From: Vulcanimicrobiota bacterium
GTDB taxonomy: Bacteria; Vulcanimicrobiota; Vulcanimicrobiia; Vulcanimicrobiales; Vulcanimicrobiaceae
NCBI GenBank assembly: GCA_963820825.1
Contig: CAWGBN010000008.1
Coordinates: 256,001-320,000 of the forward strand
DNA: 64,000 nucleotides
Direction of reading: 5' to 3'
Every line of letters starts with the position of its first letter. The stretch's first letter is position 1. This document shows positions 10,650 to 19,786 of this stretch, in pieces. A model generated the notes under the pieces. That model saw only the letters and a list, made by a program, of their open reading frames with translations, was not told the origin of the DNA and ran no database searches. Made by a program: the position numbers and the translations under genes.

Positions 10650-12194
10650 CTATGCGATCGGGGCTTCGCGGTTCTCCGGCGGGCTCACGAGGTTCCGCTC
10701 GAACTTTGCGACGATCGTGCGCCACGCCAGATTAAGCTCTTCGACGCCCAGCATGCGTGCGACCGCTACGAAAACGGTGCCTCCGATCGCGATCTGCCCA
10801 AAGAGGAACCACGCACGTGAGGCCAGCGTCGCCTCGGGGGTGACGCCGAGAGCGCCGATCCATCCGAGCGCAGCCAGCATGGCAACCGAGCTCACGACGA
10901 CCTTTCCGGCAGAGAGCAGGAGCGCGCCCCAATCGATCCCCGAGACGAGGCGTGCGATGACCACGAGCAAGAGTATCGCCTGCATGCTTTGACTCAGCGA
11001 GTTCGCCAGAAGCAGGCCGCGAGCGCCGAGGCTCGGCAGCCAGACCATCGAGAGCAGCACGTTGACGATAACCGTGACGACCGAGATCGTGACGGGCCAG
11101 AGCGTCTCACGGCATGCGAAGCAGCATCGCGTCAAGACCACGTTGGCGGCGAGCGCGATCAGCCCGATCGCGGCGTAAGGCAGCAGCGAGGCGGTCAAAT
11201 CGGTGGCGCTCGCCTGGAACGTTCCGCGTTCGAAGAGCGCCTGAACCATCGGATGCGCGAGCATCATCAGCGCGCAGACTGCGGGAATCGTGATGAAATT
11301 CACCAGACGCAGGCCGGTCACGACGCTCCGCGCGACGCCGCGCCGGTTCTCGCGCGCGAACTGCGCCGCGAGCAGGGGAAAGATCACCGTCGCAATCGCC
11401 GCCGCGAAGATCTGCTGCGGAAAGTTCACCAGCTTCGTCGCGTAGTTCATACCGGCGATATAGCCGGGCGCCAGCGTCGAAGCGAAGAAACGATCGAAAA
11501 AGAGCGCGAGCTGGCCGGCAGCCGAGCCGACGATGATCGGTCCGAGCAGCGTCCAGATCTTCTGCAAGCCGGGATGGCGGAGATCGAGAATGGGCCGGTA
11601 CTTCCCGATGGAGAGAAACGAGGGAAGCTGCACCAGCATCTGTGCCGTCAATCCCAAGACCGTCCCCAAGACGAGTGCGTAGATGCCCATGTTGTGGCTG
11701 AGCAGTACGACGCAGCCGATCGTTACAACGTTGACCGCAACGCCGACCAGCGCCGCGGCGCGGAAACGGTGATAGGCGTTGAGCATGGCGGTGAGCACCC
11801 CGCTCAGACTGACCGCGACGATGCTCGGCATGAGCCAGCGAGTCATGCGGATGGCGACGCCCATCTGCGGCGCGGGGAAGCCGTGCGCGATGACCGGCAC
11901 GTACCACTGCGCGGTGAAGAATCCGATGACCGCGCAGCTCGTCAGGACGATCGCCAGCAGGTTGAGCACGGTGCTCGCGAGCCGCCACGCTTCGTCTTCC
12001 TTGCGATGGGCGAGATACTCGGAGAAGGTCGGGACGAGCGCGCTTACCAGCGCGCCGTTGAAGACGCCGAAGAGAATCGTCGGAATCGTCGCCGCGGCCA
12101 AGAACGTGTCCATCTCCCAGCGCGTGCCATAATACCGGGCGCTCGCGACCTCACGCAAGAATCCAAGAAGCGTCGATGCGAAGGTCGCACCCAT
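10650..12194 (-). CDS. murJ: MurJ/MviN family lipid-linked glycan flippase (true start probably further upstream)
   Basis: STLLGFLRE, GALVSALVPTF, LFERGTF and ~13 TM segments. Confidence 0.88.
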   Translation of the reverse strand: MGATFASTLLGFLREVASARYYGTRWEMDTFLAAATIPTILFGVFNGALVSALVPTFSEYLAHRKEDEAWRLASTVLNLLAIVLTSCAVIGFFTAQWYVPVIAHGFPAPQMGVAIRMTRWLMPSIVAVSLSGVLTAMLNAYHRFRAAALVGVAVNVVTIGCVVLLSHNMGIYALVLGTVLGLTAQMLVQLPSFLSIGKYRPILDLRHPGLQKIWTLLGPIIVGSAAGQLALFFDRFFASTLAPGYIAGMNYATKLVNFPQQIFAAAIATVIFPLLAAQFARENRRGVARSVVTGLRLVNFITIPAVCALMMLAHPMVQALFERGTFQASATDLTASLLPYAAIGLIALAANVVLTRCCFACRETLWPVTISVVTVIVNVLLSMVWLPSLGARGLLLANSLSQSMQAILLLVVIARLVSGIDWGALLLSAGKVVVSSVAMLAALGWIGALGVTPEATLASRAWFLFGQIAIGGTVFVAVARMLGVEELNLAWRTIVAKFERNLVSPPENREAPIA

Positions 12195-12273
12195 GATGAA
12201 AAAGGTCGAACCCGCAATCGAAAAACGATGACGGGGACGGAGCTCCGGAACGACGCGAAGGTGCGGGGTGGGC

Positions 12274-12936
12274 CTAATGCGCTCCGTTCCTCCGTAAGAC
12301 GGCCGGTATCGTCTTGGCCACGATCAACAGATCGCCAAGCGGCGTCCACTCGTCGACGTAGCGGTTGTCGAGCTCCATCCAATGATCGAACGAGACGTCG
12401 CTGCGCCCGTTGATCTGCCAGAGACAGGTAATGCCCTGGGGAACGCTGAGCCGCCGGTACGCGACCGCATCGTAATGCTCGACCTCGCTCGGAAGCGCGG
12501 GGCGCGGACCGACGAGCGACATTTCGCCGAGCACGACGTTGATAAGATTCGGCAGCTCATCGATGCTGGTGCGCCGCAGAAAGGGTCCGAGCGGATGGAG
12601 ACGGGGATCGTTTCTGATTTTGAAGACCGGACCGTCCACCTCGTTTAGATGCATAACGCTCTGACGCATCGCATGGGCTCCGTTGACCATCGTGCGCAGC
12701 TTGAACATTTTGAAACGGCGCCCGTGCATGCCCACGCGTTCCTGCGCGAAGAACGGCGTGCCGCCGGTGACGCATGCGATTCCCAACGCCGCGAGCGCGA
12801 CGACCGGAGCGGCAATCGCCAGCAGCAGGCCGCCGACGACGATGTCGATTCCGCGCTTGGCAGCGCGCCACAACTCCGGTACGTCGCGTGCGGCACGCGC
12901 GCCGACGGGGATCCGGATCGCGTTTGAGTGCCTCAC
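12274..12936 (-). CDS. Undecaprenyl-phosphate sugar-1-phosphate transferase (Bac_transf)
   Basis: KRGIDIV, FAQERVG...FKMFKLRTM, DPR...FLRRTSIDELPNLINVVLGEMSLVGPRP, GITCLWQINGRS. Confidence 0.93.
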   Translation of the reverse strand: MRHSNAIRIPVGARAARDVPELWRAAKRGIDIVVGGLLLAIAAPVVALAALGIACVTGGTPFFAQERVGMHGRRFKMFKLRTMVNGAHAMRQSVMHLNEVDGPVFKIRNDPRLHPLGPFLRRTSIDELPNLINVVLGEMSLVGPRPALPSEVEHYDAVAYRRLSVPQGITCLWQINGRSDVSFDHWMELDNRYVDEWTPLGDLLIVAKTIPAVLRRNGAH

Positions 12937-14048
12937 GCCGCGAACGCCTCTCTCACCGCAAGCCCGACGAAATCGAGTCCGTCGATCTCGCCGAGCGCGC
13001 ACCCGGCAAGACCGAGGTGGAGAAACGGTACGTACTCGCGCGTGTGGTCGGAGCCCGGCGCCGTGGGGTCGCATCCGTGGTCGGCGGTAAGAATCACCTC
13101 GTCTCCATGTCGCAGCCGAGCCTCGATGCCAGGCAGCATGGTATCGAGTTCTTCGAGCGCACGGCCATACCCGCGTACGTCGCGCCGATGACCGTACTTC
13201 GAATCGAAGTCGTTGAGGTTGGTAAAGATGAAACCGTTCTCGACTCGTTCCAATAACTCGAACGTTCGCTCCATCGCATCGCGGTTGTCGGCAACGCGAA
13301 GGGACGACGATATTCCCCGCCCGCAGTAGATGTCGCCAATCTTGCCTACCGCGTGCACCTCGATATGCCCGGCTTGCAGCTCGTCGAGCAGATTCGGAGG
13401 CGGCTCGATTGCATAATCCCGTCGATTCGGCGTCCGCCGGAAAGCCCCCGGTTTGCCTATAAACGGCCGAGCGATGACCCGGTTCACGTTATGAGGAGGG
13501 CGCAGCACCTCCCGCATGCGGGCGCACCACTCGTAGAGGAGCGCGAGCGGAACGACCTCCTCGTGAGCGGCGATTTGGAAGACGGAGTCGGCCGAGGTGT
13601 AGAGGATGGGCCGGCCGCCGGCGAGGTGCTCGGGGCCAAGCTGTTCGATGATCTCGGTTCCCGATGCGGTTCGGTTTCCAAGCGGCGGCTTACCCGCAAT
13701 CCGCGTCAGTTCGGCGACGATCTCCGGTGGAAATCCCTGGGGATACGTCGGAAAAGGGATGTCGGTCACCACGCCCATCATCTCCCAATGTCCGGTGATC
13801 GTATCTTTGCCGCGGCTGCGTTCCCGCAGACGCGCGACGCGCGCGAGCGGCTGTGCGGCGGGCGCGACGCCGGCGATCTCCGTCAAAAGTCCGAGCCCCC
13901 ACCGCTCGAAGTTGGGAAGAGACAACGAGCCGAGTCGCCGCGCGACGTTACCGATCGTATTCGCTCCCGGCGCGTCGCCGTATCGCTCGGCGTCGGCGAG
14001 CGCACCCACACCGCCGGAGTCGATGACGATTGCGACCACTCGCTTCAT
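12933..14048 (-). CDS. deoB: Phosphopentomutase
   Basis: VIDSGGVG, SRGKDTITGHWEM, ASGTEII, YTSADSVFQIAAHE, DFDSKYGHRRD, TADHGCDPT, DHTREYVP. Confidence 0.96.
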   Translation of the reverse strand: MKRVVAIVIDSGGVGALADAERYGDAPGANTIGNVARRLGSLSLPNFERWGLGLLTEIAGVAPAAQPLARVARLRERSRGKDTITGHWEMMGVVTDIPFPTYPQGFPPEIVAELTRIAGKPPLGNRTASGTEIIEQLGPEHLAGGRPILYTSADSVFQIAAHEEVVPLALLYEWCARMREVLRPPHNVNRVIARPFIGKPGAFRRTPNRRDYAIEPPPNLLDELQAGHIEVHAVGKIGDIYCGRGISSSLRVADNRDAMERTFELLERVENGFIFTNLNDFDSKYGHRRDVRGYGRALEELDTMLPGIEARLRHGDEVILTADHGCDPTAPGSDHTREYVPFLHLGLAGCALGEIDGLDFVGLAVREAFAA

Positions 14049-14112
14049 CGGTGCGCTCCTTCCCTTCGCGACTCGCTTCCTACTCTCACGCAGACGAAGA
14101 TAGGAGTGCGGC

Positions 14113-16042
14113 GTGCGCCCAATAAACGTTGCGACGGTGCCTCGAATCGCCCGCTCGACGGCGCTCGCAACGCTGATGCTCGTTCTTGCACCCGCGGTTG
14201 CCCGCGCCGGGGTGCCGACCCCCGCGCCGAGCGCGGCCCCGCCGACGAGCATTCTCTACCTGAACGCCACCAAGCTCGACTTTTATTACAATCGATTCTT
14301 AATCGAGGGCGACGGAAACGTTCGCATCCGGACGAGCGACGGCTTCACGGTGACGGGCGACGCCTTTTCGATGGACCTCAAGCTCAATCGCTTCATGGTA
14401 GCCGGACACGTGACGCTGCACGATGCAACCGGTACGGTGAGCGGAGCCGCGATCGCCGATTTCCTCGATTTCAGGCGGATCTATTTCGTTCCGGTGACGA
14501 GCGAGCCGGACCGCTGGACCTTCCTCGACGGGGATCTCGCGCATCCGGTCAAGGGGCGAATGATGCCGGACGACGCCTTCTATTTCCCTTCGGTCTCCGA
14601 GCATCCGAGCATCACCGCGAACGGGGCGGTCATCGGCACGAAGACCTACGTGCGATTCATAAACGCCCACACGTACTTCCTCAACGCGGGCGTCCCGCTC
14701 GGTTCGTACGTGGTCAACTTCTCGTCGAATCAGTATTTCGCGCAGAACACCCTCTCGGGGGCGAGCGTCGATCTCACCTGGAATCTCGCCGGCAATACCA
14801 ACTCGCTGACCGCCGTGCACCTGCGTTACGACCCCACCTATAAGACCTATCTCTCGGTCGAACAACACTTCGTCGGCGAGCACGAGTACGCGATCTTCTC
14901 GGTCAACCCCGCGACGCGCGCCGAGAAATGGTGGAACCTCGCGCTCTACGAGAAGCTGGGGAGCCGCTTTCGAAATTCAAAGCTTCACTCAGTACTACAC
15001 CCAGCAAACCTGGCTGCGTCTGCCGCAGGCGGCCCAGCAGACGACCTACATCAACGCCACCTACGCGTTTCCGCACTCATACGTTCAAGCAACGTCGCAG
15101 CTGACGAACTACAACGTGCTCGGTCCGGGCTCGCTCAACCCCGGCACGGTCGCCGGGAATCTCTCGCATCCGACGCAGATTCAGCTCACCGCATCGAGTT
15201 TTCAGAACCGGATCGCGAACTGGCCGATCTTCGAGCAGATCTACGAAGGCTACGGGTTCAATCACGATTCCGTCGGCGCGCTGCAGTACAACCAGGGCAG
15301 CAACGGCATCGCGCCGATCCCCGTACCCGGACTTCAGTCCTACGGCGCGCCGTGCGCCAATCAGCACGGGGTAAAGAATCCGCCCGTTTACTTCTGCCCC
15401 GTCTACACGACGATTTGGAACACCGTCTTCGGATTCAACCTATATACCGCCGCGATCAAGCTCAACGATCCGCCCACCCCGTATGGCACGTACTATTTCA
15501 ACGCGAGCTTCAACAAGCAGTATCAGTGGAACTCGTTGCCGCATTGGATCAGCACGGCGTCGGAGAATTTCAGCATCAGCCGCCAGTTCTCGCGAGCGCT
15601 CAATACGTATATCGGGTATCAGATCCTCAACGTCGGAGACCACTATATCAACGGCGGCTACCAACCGTGCGAGCCGGCCGGTACCACCTACTGCCCGTCG
15701 AGCTTCACCTCGTTTCGCGGCGTCTCGACCGAGCGGACGACGAGTCTGGGCATCAACGACGCGCCGACGCCGGAGTTCAACTTCTCGCTGCTCGTCCGGC
15801 ATCACGACGATTTTCCGATTCCGGTACCCGGTCTCTTCGGACTGCCGGCAAACAATATCATCGGTCAGCCCCTCTACACGTCGTATCTGGGTCAGGCGCC
15901 GTACGATGCGACCGGTGAGGTTCGGCTGAAGATCCTCTCGCACGCGCTGCTCGACGTCTCGCGGACGTTCTACTGGTACGGCAATCCCTATCGCACGACG
16001 TTCTGGCAGCCGAGCTTCGTCGTGCAGGTGCTGCCGATATGA
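14113..16042 (+). CDS. LptD/OstA-like outer-membrane beta-barrel protein, split by a +1 frameshift at ~14968-14971
   Basis: Signal peptide, then OstA-like jellyroll (IEGDGNVRI...VAGHVTL). Coding continues in the +1 frame (FEIQSFTQYY...) with aromatic-rich beta strands, ending QPSFVVQVLPI. Confidence 0.6.
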
Positions 16043-16911
16043 AGCGCTTCGCGTTCGCGCTCGCCGCCGCCACGCTGGCGATCGTACTGATCGCCGCGGG
16101 GCCTTCGGTCGTGGTCAGCGGCCAGCTCCTCGACTATCAAGGCGGCTACGTCTTCTTTACGACCGGTGACGGCTTTCGCGTCGCACCCGACGTCACGATC
16201 CGCGACGCGAAGTCCGGGGGCGCGACGGCGATTCACCCGGCCGCGCGCGTGTGGGCCCGGGCGACCTTCGATTCGACCGGCACGGTAACCGAACTCGATC
16301 TCTCGCGCGATCCGCTGCCGCCGCAAGGCAGCTTCGCCGACGTGGCGCATTTCGCGGTCGCGCTCTCGTCGCCGGTTCCCAATCCCGATCTCCTCAAGGC
16401 GGTCGAAACGCCGGCGCCCGGCGAGACCTTCACGCCAACGCAGCGCTTCTCGGGAAGGCCGGTGCTCGTTACGTTCATCGTGCAAGTGCCGCCCTATACG
16501 CCGTTTACCTCGAGCATCTACATCGCAACCGATCAGAGCGGCTGGAACGCTCAAGCGATTCCGATGGATCGCGTCGACGCCTTGCACTATCAGATTACGC
16601 GCCGCTACAACTCGGGCACGATCTTCCGCTACGTCTACGACCGCGGCTCGCTGCAATCGCAGGAGGTCGCGCAGAACGGCCTGGCACGAACGCCGCGGAG
16701 CGTGACCGTTACGAATGCCGACGTTCGCGTGATTCGCGACGTCGTGTACGCGTGGCAAGACGCAGCGCCGGGCGGGGTCAACCAACCGCAGCCGCAGATC
16801 ATGCCGACGCCATATAATCCGGCGCCCTTCCCGAACATGCCCAACTGTCTGCCGCCGCCGCAGCCGAACGGACAGCGCCCGGCTCCGCCGCCGAATTGCC
16901 CGCCGCCGTAG
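16039..16911 (+). CDS. Secreted protein with CBM20-like (starch-binding) domain and Pro-rich tail
   Basis: Signal peptide; VTFIVQVPPYTP..IYIATDQSGWN..IPM...FRYVYDRG resembles CBM20. ATGA overlap with the upstream gene. Confidence 0.6.
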   Translation: MKRFAFALAAATLAIVLIAAGPSVVVSGQLLDYQGGYVFFTTGDGFRVAPDVTIRDAKSGGATAIHPAARVWARATFDSTGTVTELDLSRDPLPPQGSFADVAHFAVALSSPVPNPDLLKAVETPAPGETFTPTQRFSGRPVLVTFIVQVPPYTPFTSSIYIATDQSGWNAQAIPMDRVDALHYQITRRYNSGTIFRYVYDRGSLQSQEVAQNGLARTPRSVTVTNADVRVIRDVVYAWQDAAPGGVNQPQPQIMPTPYNPAPFPNMPNCLPPPQPNGQRPAPPPNCPPP

Positions 16912-16913
16912 CG

Positions 16914-17474
16914 TCAGCGCACGGTCAACGGGATCGCGCGAGTCGCCGAATCTCCGCGCGTGTTGCGCGCGATCACCTGCATCGTGAAGCTGCCGTGAAC
17001 GAACCACGGCAGCGGGCCGACCGTATAGAGCAGCTGGAATCGCCCGACGCCGACCTTGTCCAGGCTCACCGAGTATCCGCCGATGCGGGCCTCGACGCTC
17101 GCGACGTTCGAGCTGGTGACCACCTCGCCGAAGACGCGATCGCCGGGACGGACGCTCGTCTCGCTCACCGCGACGTCGAGAATTTTCGGTGCCGCATCGG
17201 GCGCAAGCCGTGGAATCTTCTTGACGGCCATCGGCGGCGCCGTGACGGCCTGCCGCGGAGCCGGCGTGCCCGAGGGTGACGGACTCGGCGGCGGCGACTG
17301 CCCGCTCTTGCTCGCCGTGGGCGGCGGGTGCGGCGTTGCTGCGGGCGTTGCGCTCGGCCGGCTCGCCGGCGACGGCCGGACCGGCGGCGGTTCAGGCATC
17401 TTACGGGCATGGCTGCAGCCCGCGAGCGCTACCACGGAGGCCGCGATCCAAACGGCCTGGCGGACGTTGCGCAT
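16914..17474 (-). CDS. Hypothetical lipoprotein with Pro-rich linker and beta-rich C-terminal domain
   Basis: Lipobox LAGC after ATG 17474. Confidence 0.7.
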   Translation of the reverse strand: MRNVRQAVWIAASVVALAGCSHARKMPEPPPVRPSPASRPSATPAATPHPPPTASKSGQSPPPSPSPSGTPAPRQAVTAPPMAVKKIPRLAPDAAPKILDVAVSETSVRPGDRVFGEVVTSSNVASVEARIGGYSVSLDKVGVGRFQLLYTVGPLPWFVHGSFTMQVIARNTRGDSATRAIPLTVR

Positions 17475-17519
17475 CTCAGCCTGGTTCTGCCCACTATCCG
17501 TTGAAAACTCTCTAGCGGA

Positions 17520-18476
17520 ATGAGGGAATCTTCGAGGCCGGTCCTCAGCATCGTCGTTCCGCTCTACAACGAAGCGGCAAACGTCGCACCGTTGATCGAG
17601 CGCGTCGGCAGCGTCGTCGACCGCCTTCGAGGCGAGTTCGATCACGAGATCCTTCTGGTCAACGACGGCAGCAGCGACGATACGGCCGCTGCGGTCCGTC
17701 GCGAGATGCAACGCCGCCCGCACGTCGTGCTCGTCAATCTCTCCCGCAACTTCGGGCATCAGCTTGCCGCGACGGCGGGCCTGGAGCTCGCGGTCGGCGA
17801 CGCGGTCGTGCTCATGGACGGCGACCTGCAGGATCCGCCCGAACTCATCGAGGCCTTCCTTGGAAAGTGGCGCCAAGGGTACGACGTCGTCTACGCCGTC
17901 CGGCGAGCACGCCCGGGTGAGAGCCGTTTCAAACTGCTGACCGCGCGCGTATTCTATCGCATTATCAAACGTCTCACGAAGATCGCGATTCCGCTCGACG
18001 CGGGAGACTTTCGTCTGATGAGCCGGCGCGTGGTCGACGCGCTGCGCCGCTCGCCGGAACGCAACCGGTTCCTGCGAGGGATGGTGAGTTGGGTCGGCTT
18101 CAATCAAACGGCGGTCGAGTACGACCGCGACGTCCGTTACTCGGGCGGCACGAAGTATCCGCTGACCAAGATGATTCGCTTTGCGATGGACGGCATCACT
18201 TCGTTCTCCGACATTCCGCTTCGCTTCGCGTCGTACTTCGGCTTCGTCGTCAGCGCGATCGCATTCGTCTACGCGCTGATAGTGATCGGTTTCAAGCTCT
18301 TTAGTTTGAACCCGCCGGCCTATACGCCGGGATGGGCGTCGACGATCGTCGCGGTGCTCTTTCTCGGCGGCGTGCAGCTCATGAGCCTGGGTATACTCGG
18401 TGAGTATCTCGGGCGCGTCTACGACGAAGTGAAGGGGCGACCGCTCTATCTGATCAGCGAGATCGAACGGTCTTAG
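17520..18476 (+). CDS. GT2 polyisoprenyl-phosphate glycosyltransferase (GtrB/ArnC-like)
   Basis: VVPLYNE, NDGSSD, LSRNFGHQLA, MDGDLQDPPE, GDFRLMSR, two C-terminal TMs, GEYLGRVYDEVKGRP. Confidence 0.94.
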   Translation: MRESSRPVLSIVVPLYNEAANVAPLIERVGSVVDRLRGEFDHEILLVNDGSSDDTAAAVRREMQRRPHVVLVNLSRNFGHQLAATAGLELAVGDAVVLMDGDLQDPPELIEAFLGKWRQGYDVVYAVRRARPGESRFKLLTARVFYRIIKRLTKIAIPLDAGDFRLMSRRVVDALRRSPERNRFLRGMVSWVGFNQTAVEYDRDVRYSGGTKYPLTKMIRFAMDGITSFSDIPLRFASYFGFVVSAIAFVYALIVIGFKLFSLNPPAYTPGWASTIVAVLFLGGVQLMSLGILGEYLGRVYDEVKGRPLYLISEIERS

Positions 18477-18484
18477 GAACCTCC

Positions 18485-19786
18485 TTGAACTATCACCCGG
18501 TCGTCGATCGCTTCGCCGCGCCGGTCCAACTCGATCCGCTCTCGGCCGTCCTCTTTACCGGCGTCTTCGTTGCCGCCGCGATCCTCACGGTACGGCGTCC
18601 GGTCTACGGATTGGCCGCACTCTTCCTGATTACGCCGGTCGACTTCGCACGCGATTTTCTCAATACGACGATCACGCTGCCGAAAACCGTTCTGCTCGGC
18701 GTGCTGCTCGGGCTCTCGACCTACGCGGGGAGTGCCGCTCTCTTACGCCGGCGCCCCGCACCGCTCGTGCTCGCCGCGCTCGGCCTACTCTTTGCGGTCA
18801 CCGCACTCACCCTCGCGGGCGCCGTCTACCGCGGGCCGGTCGTGCGCGAAGCGCTCAAAGTCGTACAATATGCGGCGATCTTCGTGGCGGCGTTTCTCTG
18901 TTACGCGCTCGACCGCGAGGATGCGCCGCTACGCGGCGCGGTCGCGATCGCCGCGATCGCGGTCTCGCTCTCGGCGCTGGCACAAGAGGTTCTCGGCGCG
19001 CCGTCGGGCTTGTTCATCGGCCCGGCGATCGTCCCGCGTATCGCCGGTCTGCTCGAAGGGCCGAATCAGCTCTCCGCCTACTGCGAGATCGCCGTCGCAA
19101 CGCTCGGCGCGTGGGCGCTCGTCCGCCGCACGCTCCTGCTCGACGTCGCGCTCGGACTCACCGTCTTGGCCGATACTCTAACCTTCTCGCGCGCCGGATG
19201 GGTCGCGCTGGCGGTCGTCGCCGCGATTCTCGCGGCGGCGGGCGGGCGCCGCGCCTGGAACGCGCTCAAACCCGGAGCCGCAGGCCTCGTCGCCGGCATC
19301 GCCGGCGCGGTTGGATGGGGCATCTACGCGCATACGCCCGGCGTCTTGCGCGCCTCCCTCGAGCCGAGTCTTTACGCAGGCGGCGTCGGAAATCGCGACG
19401 AGCTCTGGCGCGCAGCCTGGCAGATGTGGCTCGCTCATCCGATCCTCGGCGTGGGCGCCGGAAACTTCGAGCTGCTCTTGCCCGCGTACGGCCTCTTCGG
19501 CGTACGAACGCATGCGAATAGCTGGTATCTGCAGTCGTTAGCGGAGGGCGGCATCCTGTTGCTTGCAGCGACGATCCTGTTGCTCGCCGCGATCCTCACC
19601 GGTTTTGCGCGCGGCGGCCTCCGCCGTCTGCGCGACGCTTCGCCCTGGAGCCTCGCCGCATTCGCAGCGACGATTGCGCTCGCGCTGCACCAGAGCGTCG
19701 ACTATCTCGTCTTCTATCCGAAAGTCGGCGGCGCGTGGTGGCTTCTCATCGGCACGGCCGCAGCGGCGCTCGCCGCCGCCAGGTGA
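18485..19786 (+). CDS. O-antigen ligase/Wzy_C family membrane protein
   Basis: RIAGLLEGPNQ, TFSRAGW, R..LWRAAWQMWLAHPILGVGAGNF, HANSWYLQSLAEGG. Confidence 0.85.
   Translation: MNYHPVVDRFAAPVQLDPLSAVLFTGVFVAAAILTVRRPVYGLAALFLITPVDFARDFLNTTITLPKTVLLGVLLGLSTYAGSAALLRRRPAPLVLAALGLLFAVTALTLAGAVYRGPVVREALKVVQYAAIFVAAFLCYALDREDAPLRGAVAIAAIAVSLSALAQEVLGAPSGLFIGPAIVPRIAGLLEGPNQLSAYCEIAVATLGAWALVRRTLLLDVALGLTVLADTLTFSRAGWVALAVVAAILAAAGGRRAWNALKPGAAGLVAGIAGAVGWGIYAHTPGVLRASLEPSLYAGGVGNRDELWRAAWQMWLAHPILGVGAGNFELLLPAYGLFGVRTHANSWYLQSLAEGGILLLAATILLLAAILTGFARGGLRRLRDASPWSLAAFAATIALALHQSVDYLVFYPKVGGAWWLLIGTAAAALAAAR

Noticed and set aside
14971..15918. C-terminal half of the 601-aa ORF as listed in the track
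   Set aside because: Low-complexity Arg-rich read-through after the frameshift; the real coding frame is +1 to 16042.
16800..17380. Pro-rich low-complexity stretches resembling tandem repeats
   Set aside because: Ordinary protein linkers; no exact DNA repeat unit.
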